Shown: in pieces, positions 47,708-56,924 of the stretch
How positions within the stretch are numbered: position 1 is the first letter of the stretch
How the letters are laid out: every line of letters starts with the position of its first letter
Virus record (IMG/VR): IMGVR_UViG_3300032242_003148
Span: 64,001-128,000 of that record
DNA: 64,000 bases
Source of the DNA: a virus
Direction: 5' to 3' (one strand)
The notes under the pieces: model-generated
The model's input: the letters and a program-made list of their open reading frames with translations, nothing else
What the model was told of the DNA's origin: nothing
Databases searched by the model: none
Translations under genes and position numbers: made by a program

Positions 47708-48075
47708 AAGTTAAATAAATATTCCCCAGTAAATGTATCAGCCTGAGCTCTTAACGTACCCAAAGCAGAAGTATAGCTAGCAACAATCGCGTCTTGATAT
47801 GCTTGAGCCTTTAACTGAGTATTTACATTAAATGGAGCAGAGTTAGAATCAAAAGTCCGGGTATATGGTAGCTCAGAAACAATTCCAATATATTGAGCAG
47901 GAAGAGTAAATTGATTAGGGGTAGATCCAAAAGTTCCACCGACATTAATAGTAGGTTCACCGAACTTAGAAATAAGTTGGGTATCTGTTTGTGAAATTTT
48001 ATCTCTATCCACGGAGAAGGTCATGCTCCATATATCGTTTTCAATAGACCTTGTGACTTGTAATAATAAGCTCAT
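47704..48075 (-). CDS. Hypothetical (probable structural) protein
   Basis: 123-aa coupled ORF. Confidence 0.65.
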   Translation of the reverse strand: MSLLLQVTRSIENDIWSMTFSVDRDKISQTDTQLISKFGEPTINVGGTFGSTPNQFTLPAQYIGIVSELPYTRTFDSNSAPFNVNTQLKAQAYQDAIVASYTSALGTLRAQADTFTGEYLFNL

Positions 48076-48088
48076 TTTAATTTATAAT

Positions 48089-49504
48089 TTAAAACTTTAT
48101 ACCTTCTAGGTTACCACGTAAATAGCTATCAGACACGATTTTTCTTTTCATCATGTCCATATCTAGTTTGGTGAGTTGATCTGCGTCGTGAGGTGCAATG
48201 GCCTGAGAAGCTACCGCTTGGCGAAGCATAGCACGAAGAACTTCTTTCTCTTTAGATACTTGCGGAGAAAGTCTAAGAATCTGCTCATAAGCTTTTACAA
48301 CCTTTTGTGGATTAGCCCTTGAAAGAATAGGATCTGTGAGCATTAACTCTTGAAGGATTAGTTGCCTCTCCATGTTTTCCATGGTCATATTATGGGCATG
48401 GCTAGATCCTCCTGGCTTTTTGCCTCCTCTGCTGGATAACTCCTCATAGAGTCTATGCTCACCCATAGCCTTGCCGGCACCGACTAAATTAGCTAAAGAA
48501 AACAAGCTAAGTGGACTAGCCTCTTTCTTTAGGGCTGCCTTTTTTTCTATCCTCTCTAAAATAGGATCTCTGCTCTCAGCTGTTTTCGTCGGTTTATTTT
48601 TTTTTTTAGCTACCACAATAGGGGCCTCTTCGGCTTGCTTGGATAGTGTTCCATTACCGGCAACCAGCTTTCCGATTTCAGAATAATACTCTTTTTCAAA
48701 AGTATAGTCAGCTTCGGCAGTTTTTAAGTTACCCTCAGCCTCACCTAATGCTGCTGCGGCTTTCATAAAATCATCATACATACCTAGTTCTGCAACTGGG
48801 GAGAACATATTGTATTTGCTGTCGTGCACTCCACGCTCTTCTTCTATACCTGCAGTCTTATAGATTAGGTCTAGATAAGGAACTGACGCTTCGCCATGCT
48901 TGCTGAACACTTGAGATTCAAACTCCTCAAAAGATGTTCTATATCCTTCGTCACGGCGGAAATGAGCCGCCAGCTTTGAGAACTTTTTATTCAGATCTAA
49001 CTCTGCACCAACCTTTTCTGTTTTGCAGTTATCGAGATTCTGTTCTAAATCTCTTAAAAGCTTTGCGGCCTTGTCGAAAGCGCCTTTCATGGTTAAACCA
49101 TAAGAATCCTCTGTTGCGGTTGCTCCTGTGATTTCGAGATAAGCCTGCTTATATTTAGGGTTATTAAGGGCACGGTTAAAATTAAATACTTCATCATTTG
49201 ATTCAGAAGTAGGAAAGTGCTCAGAAATATACTCGCTGGCTGTTTTTTCTGTTTTGTCGAAAATGCTGGAAATTGTTCCAGGGATATCAGCAATCGCAAA
49301 CCCAGCAGAACGGTCTGACGCAGTTTTGAAGTGATTATAGTGGAGAGCAACATTCAGGGCCTCGCCAACACGATGGATATAATTAGGATTAAGATCCAGA
49401 TCAGAGGCCACTTTCTTAAGGGCATCAGTAGGATTTGTTCCACTGTTAACTTTCTGCACTACCTCGGCTAATGCAATTTTTACGAGAGAATTCGGTTGTT
49501 CCAT
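48089..49504 (-). CDS. Putative internal head/core protein
   Basis: 471 aa, helical, about 15 K-x-A sites. Confidence 0.55.
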   Translation of the reverse strand: MEQPNSLVKIALAEVVQKVNSGTNPTDALKKVASDLDLNPNYIHRVGEALNVALHYNHFKTASDRSAGFAIADIPGTISSIFDKTEKTASEYISEHFPTSESNDEVFNFNRALNNPKYKQAYLEITGATATEDSYGLTMKGAFDKAAKLLRDLEQNLDNCKTEKVGAELDLNKKFSKLAAHFRRDEGYRTSFEEFESQVFSKHGEASVPYLDLIYKTAGIEEERGVHDSKYNMFSPVAELGMYDDFMKAAAALGEAEGNLKTAEADYTFEKEYYSEIGKLVAGNGTLSKQAEEAPIVVAKKKNKPTKTAESRDPILERIEKKAALKKEASPLSLFSLANLVGAGKAMGEHRLYEELSSRGGKKPGGSSHAHNMTMENMERQLILQELMLTDPILSRANPQKVVKAYEQILRLSPQVSKEKEVLRAMLRQAVASQAIAPHDADQLTKLDMDMMKRKIVSDSYLRGNLEGIKF

Positions 49505-49532
49505 AGCTTTATCCTTAATTTATACCAGGTTT

Positions 49533-50618
49533 TTAAAAAGAGTTCAATTCCGTAATTGATTTATATTCAGGAAGGGAATTTTCTTTTAGTGCGAGCGTTC
49601 CTATCAATTTTAACGCTTCTTGGTCATCCGAGTCAATAGTTCCTGACTCCTGGCTGTTATCATTCACTATTCTTACAGTGCTGGCGTCAAGATTTCTAAC
49701 CTTTGCCCTGTAGTAATTAACCTCTTCTTTCTTGATATAGAAAGAGGCTAAGTTATTAATTACTCCATTAAAATTAATTGCATCTTTCATATCTGTTACA
49801 GCAAAATTTAGGCTTAGTACGTTCTCTAGCATAGAATCCCCTAGATAATCTTCAACCTTTAATTTTTGTTCTAGGCTCAAGGTATGATAATTAGCGTGGG
49901 CCCTTAAACCTACCTCTCCTAACTCTGAAATTAATTTATAGTATCTCTTGTCTAGGTCAGTAATAATATCATTATCTACTAGTTGAGTCAGGTAGGCAGC
50001 TTGTGCTGTAATATCTTTTGGTACAGCAGAAAAATCAAAAAATAGGTTTCTAATAGCCTCTATCTGCCTAGTATACATTTTAAATCTCTTAGCTATCTCG
50101 GCATCAGTAACTCCTGCAAATATATGATAACCAATGGCTTTAAAGATATGCTCGTGGTCTGTGCTCATCTTAAGACCCACAGCAAACTGGATATACTGGT
50201 CATAGTGCATGTTAGAAACATGGTACAATAATTTCTTTAAAAATGCGTCTGAGATGCCATCCACATGCTTGATATTCCAAACAGGGTTTTTACCATCATA
50301 AGACTTACAAAAAATCTTTTTATCTCCTGAGATTTTTAGCTTTTTATCAAACAGCTTATAAAACGTTTCCCTGTTTTTCCAGCTCAACCTATCAACTACC
50401 TTTTGAAAGTTATCAGGAAATGAATAATTTGTTTCTGTATTCTCCTTAACCCCTGGATAATTAATATACCTTCTCAACGCACTAGAACCATCCGCAGGTT
50501 TACGACAACACCAAATAAGATTAGCTTTGGCGGGATTGAGATATATCTGATACCTCCAATTAGGAAAGTTATAAAAAGAGCCTACCCTATTGAGGGGTAT
50601 TATTGCCTTACGCTTCAT
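49533..50618 (-). CDS. Hypothetical protein with possible HTH
   Basis: GVTDAEIAKRFKMYTRQIEAI resembles a helix-turn-helix. Confidence 0.5.
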   Translation of the reverse strand: MKRKAIIPLNRVGSFYNFPNWRYQIYLNPAKANLIWCCRKPADGSSALRRYINYPGVKENTETNYSFPDNFQKVVDRLSWKNRETFYKLFDKKLKISGDKKIFCKSYDGKNPVWNIKHVDGISDAFLKKLLYHVSNMHYDQYIQFAVGLKMSTDHEHIFKAIGYHIFAGVTDAEIAKRFKMYTRQIEAIRNLFFDFSAVPKDITAQAAYLTQLVDNDIITDLDKRYYKLISELGEVGLRAHANYHTLSLEQKLKVEDYLGDSMLENVLSLNFAVTDMKDAINFNGVINNLASFYIKKEEVNYYRAKVRNLDASTVRIVNDNSQESGTIDSDDQEALKLIGTLALKENSLPEYKSITELNSF

Positions 50619-51547
50619 ACATTATCATTATGCTGACTTGTTGCATATCCTGCAAGGCCTCCTAGTCCACCTAAAAGTAAAGCATTTCTACCCATAGACT
50701 TTCTTGCGGCTCTAGCATACCAATCCATTAAATTAATAGGTTTTGGGATTTCTTTAACGGGGTTAAATACCGCCCTTTGTGCGGCTTCGATTGTGGGGGG
50801 TATAAATGTACCAGCTGCTCCTACACCTGCGCCCACACCTGCACCTACCCCTGTGCTTAACGCTGGGTTATCTTGCTGCTCATATGAGTTTAAAACAGAC
50901 GCTAACTCGCCTCCTGGTAATCCAGAAGCATATGGATGTTCTTGTAAAATTTTAGCTGCGGCCTGAAGATCAGCTTCGCTTGGTTTGGATGTACCTGCGT
51001 TTAAACCACCTGCGGCGCCTCCCGCTGCCCCTAAAATAGTGGAACCTACTGCACCTTGTGTGGCTCTATTTAAAACAAGGTTTTTAAATTGTCCTGCCCT
51101 GTTTAACCTACCGGATGGTAATGTTTCTGTTGGAGTTCTTAGTAAGTTTATGCTATTTCGCAGTCCTTTACCTTTACCAAACATAGATAAAATTCCCCCC
51201 GCGGCAAATCCCACAGGAGCAGCAATAGCCCCTAATCTCAATGCATTAGATAATGCCTGATTTTTCATTTCATCTGAAGAACCGGCGGCCCCTCTAGCCT
51301 TTTCTAAAGCTGCTGCAATTTGTGCCCTGCGCTTAGCGGGGTTGTTAGATATAATTGCGCGACTGGTTAATGCCTCTGCTAATGGTCCGCTTAAGGATCT
51401 AGCTTCTCCAGGGATATCTTCAATTGCACCAATTGCAGAATCAGTAACCGGCTTGGTATAGAAGATATTATCCCTGAGAGCCTTCAGGGCTAAATACCTT
51501 TTAAGCAGGCTATCGTCGCCTTGGGACTGATCAGAGTTCGAGGGCAT
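50615..51547 (-). CDS. Glycine-zipper (membrane-active-like) protein
   Basis: Four Gly/Ala hydrophobic segments, e.g. GVGAGVGAGVGAAG. Confidence 0.6.
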   Translation of the reverse strand: MPSNSDQSQGDDSLLKRYLALKALRDNIFYTKPVTDSAIGAIEDIPGEARSLSGPLAEALTSRAIISNNPAKRRAQIAAALEKARGAAGSSDEMKNQALSNALRLGAIAAPVGFAAGGILSMFGKGKGLRNSINLLRTPTETLPSGRLNRAGQFKNLVLNRATQGAVGSTILGAAGGAAGGLNAGTSKPSEADLQAAAKILQEHPYASGLPGGELASVLNSYEQQDNPALSTGVGAGVGAGVGAAGTFIPPTIEAAQRAVFNPVKEIPKPINLMDWYARAARKSMGRNALLLGGLGGLAGYATSQHNDNV

Positions 51548-53822
51548 CTTCCTTACCCATGTTAATGGTGAGCTCAGGAGATTTGCGCTTGAGGAAGATA
51601 ACCAGATCGCCGAGATTTTTGAACACGTTGCTAACCAGCTCTACAAGTTCCGGCAGATCGTTTCTTCCATACATCTCCACGAATTTGTCGGTATCCCAGT
51701 TAAGAAGAAATAAGATTCTACCTAAGCGGTCCATACCTTCGATTAGTGATGGTACGTATTCAGTAATCTTATCAGATACTCCAACATACTTGGCTAGGGT
51801 TGCCATGGTCTGCACGTCGAAAATCTCTTTCTGCCCGCTCTGGGCCATTTGAGTGGCTTGATTTACATACCTAGGATCAATTTCTTTTTTAGATGTGGAT
51901 GGATCAATTCCCTCTACTTCTGGCATAACAGTTAAACCTAATGCTGTTGGATCTCCTGTATAACGAATATCTGCTGGGAGACGGCTCTCTTGACCAACAC
52001 CCACATATGTAGGCTGCCCTACTTGATTTGTATATGGAGCCTCCTCATAAGGAATAGGATAGTAATCTCCTGTATAGGCGAGCTTTACATGCCCAGAAAG
52101 ATTCTTCGCTGGAGTAAGATTATCAATAATTTCGCAAGCTTGTTTGAAATCAAGACCCACCTCTGTGACCATTGCAATCTTGGCCTTCATAGGATTGTCA
52201 TATTTCTTTTTAGCTCCTGCGATATCACTGAAGTACTCGCTGCCGTTTGTTCTAACGGTCATTGGGAAAATATTGTTTTTACTCAGGAATGAGTTTAATG
52301 CCCATGAACCGCCTGGGCGATTCTCTAAATATCTTTCATGGGCTGAGGCTTTGTCGGATTGCTCCTTATCCGCTTCACTCTTGACTTTATCTGAGGCATC
52401 AAGAGGAATATATTGATTAGGTACTCCGCAATAACCATGTTCATTAAGAGGGTGAAACTTAACCTCTAAAAGCTTATAGCCTGATGGAACATAGAGTGTA
52501 TGCCCATGATAGTCTAAACTATCTCCAGGCTTCTTAGTCATTACCAGAAGAATTTCTTTAGCTTTTCTAGGGTGGCGATAGTAATTTCCACGAGTGAGAT
52601 CATGCACACTACCTGGACGATCCTTAGGCCCGCGGTTGTGATCCTGATACTCATAGTCGGTTTTAGCTTCTTGATGTAATGAGAAGGGCTCTACGCTGAT
52701 TCTTCTGATACCCTGAGCATCCTTGAAATTGGCGTTAATGCGGAAGGGCTGGGTAGCCTTCATATGTTCATTAAGAAGCACATATACAGAAGTATAGCTA
52801 GGCTTTGCTTCTGCGGGATCCACCATCATTTTATGAACTAATGAGTAGTCGTCAACCTTGAGTTGATCTTTTGTATAAACCATCTTGGTATCTACAATAT
52901 AAGCTGATCCTTTATCTTCTGAATCAAGATTAATAACGATTGCGTCATCTGTAGCAAAATCTTGTTGTAGTTGTTTAGGGCGAACCAAGATAAGACCATA
53001 ATTAATTGTTCCTGTGGAGGTAACATAGGGGTAAAACCCAGATTCTGTAGGATTCTGGAACTTTTTAACATAATCCACCACACCAAACTTTGATTTCTTG
53101 TCTACTGGTCTCTTATCAACTACAACAAATCCTTGTGTCATTACATCCTTGCGCTGTTTCTCATCTAGCTTGAGAACTTCAGGCTTTTGGTCCTTCATTA
53201 CAACTTTGACATCATTTTCTTTGCGATATGAGTCGCCGTCCTCTGTTTCTACAACAGCCTCGGCCACCTTCTCAATGGAGTAAAAGCGTAGAACAGCCTC
53301 ACAAAACTCAGCGTCCTTCTCTAACAGTTCTGTGAAAGCTTTCTTGGTCTTGTTGTCAGAGTCCTTAACATAATCTATGCAAGATGCAATTGTGTACTTT
53401 CCTGTGCGGGGAGGAATAGTCATCTGACGATAGTCTCCCTGAGTCATGTCCTGTAGAACCTTCTGGCGGGGCTCTTTTGCTACACCACCAAGTGAGGTGG
53501 TTTCATCTTTAAGGAACATCTCAGCAAAATCCTCATTCAGGGGATAGAACTGCTCGTTATTCTTAGAATATAGGAGATCAAGATTCTTAACTTTACCATC
53601 AATAAAGAAAGCTGGTACATAAAGAATCTGACCAGAGTGAGAACGAAAACCAAAAACACCCAGGGCCTTTGTGTTATCCTCGTTCTTCTTAACAATCTCA
53701 AATCCAATCAAGAAAGGGAGGAGATTCTTTAAGCTGTCCTGTAATTTATTATATGCTAGCTGGAAAAAGGACTGTTCTAATGAATCGTCGCCTGCCAGCT
53801 TTGTTTTAGAAAAATTTGCCAT
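51531..53822 (-). CDS. Large hypothetical head-associated protein
   Basis: 763 aa, own promoter, N-terminal KLA; lies between the RNAP and head genes. Confidence 0.55.
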   Translation of the reverse strand: MANFSKTKLAGDDSLEQSFFQLAYNKLQDSLKNLLPFLIGFEIVKKNEDNTKALGVFGFRSHSGQILYVPAFFIDGKVKNLDLLYSKNNEQFYPLNEDFAEMFLKDETTSLGGVAKEPRQKVLQDMTQGDYRQMTIPPRTGKYTIASCIDYVKDSDNKTKKAFTELLEKDAEFCEAVLRFYSIEKVAEAVVETEDGDSYRKENDVKVVMKDQKPEVLKLDEKQRKDVMTQGFVVVDKRPVDKKSKFGVVDYVKKFQNPTESGFYPYVTSTGTINYGLILVRPKQLQQDFATDDAIVINLDSEDKGSAYIVDTKMVYTKDQLKVDDYSLVHKMMVDPAEAKPSYTSVYVLLNEHMKATQPFRINANFKDAQGIRRISVEPFSLHQEAKTDYEYQDHNRGPKDRPGSVHDLTRGNYYRHPRKAKEILLVMTKKPGDSLDYHGHTLYVPSGYKLLEVKFHPLNEHGYCGVPNQYIPLDASDKVKSEADKEQSDKASAHERYLENRPGGSWALNSFLSKNNIFPMTVRTNGSEYFSDIAGAKKKYDNPMKAKIAMVTEVGLDFKQACEIIDNLTPAKNLSGHVKLAYTGDYYPIPYEEAPYTNQVGQPTYVGVGQESRLPADIRYTGDPTALGLTVMPEVEGIDPSTSKKEIDPRYVNQATQMAQSGQKEIFDVQTMATLAKYVGVSDKITEYVPSLIEGMDRLGRILFLLNWDTDKFVEMYGRNDLPELVELVSNVFKNLGDLVIFLKRKSPELTINMGKEDALEL

Positions 53823-53850
53823 AATTAGAGAGTGCCGGAATTTATAAACA

Positions 53851-53879
53851 ATATTACGTATTTTTTAATGTACATGCAA
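53851..53879 (-). promoter_or_regulatory. Promoter TTGCAT-N17-TAATAT
   Basis: Intergenic, canonical spacing. Confidence 0.55.
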
Positions 53880-53896
53880 GCTTCTAAATAGGTCAA

Positions 53897-55759
53897 CTAT
53901 TCTTTGAAGTTACTATGCTCACCAAAACCAACGCCGTGAGCAAGCCCGGGAATAGGGCTTGGTCCCCTGATATCAGAAGTAGCGCCAGCGTTAACAGCAT
54001 TGCTAAATCTCTTTGCCAGGTTTGTGCTATACAATACATGCATAAAGTCATCTGCGTGCTCTGGTACGTCTAATAATCTTACCATATGGGGTTCAAAATG
54101 TGGAGGGTCGTCATGCACAACCACAGATTCTATACCATGCTCTGCCAAGTCTTGCATAACTGAAGATGTTACTCTAGTACCTATGGTATAATGTAACTCT
54201 GGTTTTTCCAAATACTTACCATAAGCTAAGTCTGATCTAACTGTTTTGCTACTTGCCCTGGGTACGTAATTTTTCTCTAGAGCTGAGTAAGAAACAATCT
54301 GGTCTGGTAGAAAATCGCCTAGTCCTTCGTTATCTGTTATCTTTACATGATCAATGGCAGATCTAGCAATAAGTTCAAAATTTCTTCTGTTAACCCCTAG
54401 GTTACCCTCATCAAAAGCCCGCTTCATAGCCTGCGCATAATAATTTCGACCCTCTCCAATTCCCTTGTATCTAACAACTTCACTAGGATCAATTAGCCCA
54501 GAGCTAAGCACATCTCCCTGCTCTACTTTATCACCAACCTTAACTTTAGGTTCTTGTCCGACACCTATATAGTATTCTGTATCTCCTATCTTTATAAAAT
54601 ATCCACCAGCTGCGGCGTGTTGAACGCTAGACACAACCCCATCTTCTTGAGCTAGTGGTGCTTTGTTTAAAAAAGTTTTTGGGATGTTAGCTAGTTGGTT
54701 AATCATTTTAAACCCTGACACGCCACCTAGAGAAGTAGCAGCTCCGCCGCCATGACGAAGTTTCATAGCATACTCTGTGAGGGGTTCACTAACTGCTGTA
54801 CCAGCAACCAGTCCAATATAACTATCAGGAGCGGCTAAACCTTTTTCTCTTCTCCCCACACACAGCTGACAAACTGCACCGAAGTGACTATTATTGCTGG
54901 CTCTGCACGTCATGGGGGAACGGATTAAAATTTTGTTAATATTTTGTTCCTTTAAGTCATTCAACATTTTTGCGGTGATCTCATTATTCCTTTTATACCC
55001 GCCAACAGGAGCAGCTAGAAAGGCCCCAACAGAATCTTTGTCTGTGGTGGGTACTGTAATCCCATTAGTAGTGCCGCAATCATGTTCTGTGATTTGTAAA
55101 TTCATCAAGGCTCTAGAAAACTGTTTGGAAGAATATCCTCCCTGAGCCACACCAACCTTTTTAACAACTTCACCAGAACGAGTACCAAAAGATGTCACAA
55201 GATACTCAGGAAGAGAAAGTCCTTCAGCAAAAGAGCTTTTAACAGGAATATCCATTTTAGGATTTCCTTCTGCATCCACAACAATCCCCTGTGTTGCTAT
55301 GGTAGAGCGATATTGTGCTGGTGATCCTCTAGAACCCGCCAAAATAATTTTAGCTAGTGACTTATTATTCTTAAGCCCCTCATCAAGAATGGTCTTGTTG
55401 GTCTCCTCCATCAAGGAGTTATATTTATCAAAAATTCTTTGATTTTTAACGCTTTCAGAATCTTTGGTTTTATGTACTTTCTCCTGAAACTCTTCGAATT
55501 TGTCGTAAAGCTCTTTTGTATTAATAGGAGAAACCAAATCTTTTAATGTAATAGATGTTCCTTGTCTAGTGGCAATCTCAAAACCTAAACGGGTAAGATC
55601 AGAGGCGATCTTGCTATAATTTTCTGGCTCTTGTTCTACTAGCTTACTAAACAGATTATTGATTCCTTTTTTATCAAGAACCTGACCATCTATCATGTGA
55701 TGTAAGTGTTTAGGAGTATACTCTTTCAGAAGTATACGTCCTACAGTAGTAACGGACAT
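53897..55759 (-). CDS. Phage RNA polymerase subunit, beta' C-terminal half
   Basis: GSRGS..Q, SFAEGLSLPEY, EHDCGT, IRSPMTC, VCQLC.G, IG..AG..VSEPLT, R.FELI.R motifs of RpoC. Confidence 0.92.
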   Translation of the reverse strand: MSVTTVGRILLKEYTPKHLHHMIDGQVLDKKGINNLFSKLVEQEPENYSKIASDLTRLGFEIATRQGTSITLKDLVSPINTKELYDKFEEFQEKVHKTKDSESVKNQRIFDKYNSLMEETNKTILDEGLKNNKSLAKIILAGSRGSPAQYRSTIATQGIVVDAEGNPKMDIPVKSSFAEGLSLPEYLVTSFGTRSGEVVKKVGVAQGGYSSKQFSRALMNLQITEHDCGTTNGITVPTTDKDSVGAFLAAPVGGYKRNNEITAKMLNDLKEQNINKILIRSPMTCRASNNSHFGAVCQLCVGRREKGLAAPDSYIGLVAGTAVSEPLTEYAMKLRHGGGAATSLGGVSGFKMINQLANIPKTFLNKAPLAQEDGVVSSVQHAAAGGYFIKIGDTEYYIGVGQEPKVKVGDKVEQGDVLSSGLIDPSEVVRYKGIGEGRNYYAQAMKRAFDEGNLGVNRRNFELIARSAIDHVKITDNEGLGDFLPDQIVSYSALEKNYVPRASSKTVRSDLAYGKYLEKPELHYTIGTRVTSSVMQDLAEHGIESVVVHDDPPHFEPHMVRLLDVPEHADDFMHVLYSTNLAKRFSNAVNAGATSDIRGPSPIPGLAHGVGFGEHSNFKE

Positions 55760-55760
55760 A

Positions 55761-56093
55761 TTATTCCCTGCGAGTTAACTTATCCAGAAGATCTTTAACT
55801 GGAGAAGATGCTTTTTTTGTATTTGGATTATCTAATTCATTCAACACATCCAAATCTTTAAATGCACCGGCCATTAAAGATCCCTCTAAATTTTGATGAG
55901 CTTTGTCCTGTTCTGCTGTTTCTAATTTAGAGGCCTCGTCCACAGATTCATCTGGATCATCATTAATCACACCAGCTGTTTGTGCGGCTTGGATATCTGC
56001 AAGCTTTTCACGAATATAACAAACATAGTCATAGTTAGGATCCTGGGGACCAAAACTGTCTAAATAGTTAGCGACTTTTTCTAATGATTCCAT
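55761..56093 (-). CDS. Acidic hypothetical protein (start reassigned to ATG 56093)
   Basis: MESLEKVA..., 110 aa; lies between the RNAP genes. Confidence 0.6.
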   Translation of the reverse strand: MESLEKVANYLDSFGPQDPNYDYVCYIREKLADIQAAQTAGVINDDPDESVDEASKLETAEQDKAHQNLEGSLMAGAFKDLDVLNELDNPNTKKASSPVKDLLDKLTRRE

Positions 56094-56097
56094 TTTA

Positions 56098-56697
56098 TTA
56101 TTGCCCCGGAGCTGCGCCCATAGGGGCAGAATAAATTCCACCCTGCCCCATTGCGCTCTGTTGGGCTTGCTCTTGTTGGGCTTGACTCTGTTCTTGCTCT
56201 TGTTGCTTTTGCAGGGCTTCCATTTTCTTATTGTGGGTATCTGCTAACTGCTTAACCTTTAACAAGCTATGCGTTGCTTTGCCTCCGCTAGAGAGATCTA
56301 GGAGTTCACGAACAGAGAGAGTTACTTTTGTATTATCCAAGCTATTTTCTGCATTAACATTCCCCTCTGCTGGAGCTGGCTGGGCTTGCTGCTGCTCTTG
56401 AGCTTGTGGCTGCTGTGCTCCTGCTTGAGGTGCCGCGCCCCCTTGCTGTCCAACTTGTTGAATTTGCTGCGCCAATTGTTGCATGGCCTGCATCTGTTGG
56501 TCTGGTGGTAGCTGCTGTAGCTGTTGAAGCGCAGGTGCAATTTGTTGCTGGGCATCTTGAGGGAGCTGTTGAATCATTCCCATTAGCTGCTGTTGAGCCT
56601 GTTGGAGCTGCGCCTGTTCTTGCTGGGGCTGAGGATTAGGGATAAAAGCCTGTTTTACAAGGCTATCATATGATTGGATAAGTTCGGCGATATTCAT
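56098..56697 (-). CDS. Glutamine-rich low-complexity protein
   Basis: LVKQA followed by Q/P/A tracts. Confidence 0.7.
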   Translation of the reverse strand: MNIAELIQSYDSLVKQAFIPNPQPQQEQAQLQQAQQQLMGMIQQLPQDAQQQIAPALQQLQQLPPDQQMQAMQQLAQQIQQVGQQGGAAPQAGAQQPQAQEQQQAQPAPAEGNVNAENSLDNTKVTLSVRELLDLSSGGKATHSLLKVKQLADTHNKKMEALQKQQEQEQSQAQQEQAQQSAMGQGGIYSAPMGAAPGQ

Positions 56698-56894
56698 TTT
56701 ATGTACTCCAGGTCTATTATTTGGTTTATAGTTTTTTTAAGCTCTGTTTTTAAAGTCTTTATTTTGCCCTCTTCATGAGTGCCCCTAAGCTCATGCTCAC
56801 CAGAGTCAAGCCTTCTGAACTCGTTTAAATATTTTTCGAGTTCTGCCAGCTTTTCTTCATCGGTTAGCTTGAACCAGATTTCTTCATCTATCAT
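56694..56894 (-). CDS. Hypothetical protein
   Basis: 66 aa, ATGA-coupled to the next gene. Confidence 0.6.
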   Translation of the reverse strand: MIDEEIWFKLTDEEKLAELEKYLNEFRRLDSGEHELRGTHEEGKIKTLKTELKKTINQIIDLEYIK

Positions 56895-56924
56895 TGTATG
56901 TGATACTTAAAGTTTAATAAAGCT

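Noticed and set aside
49533-53822. Portal or terminase assignment for 51531-53822 or 49533-50618
   Set aside because: No recognisable Walker, nuclease or portal motifs; left as hypothetical.
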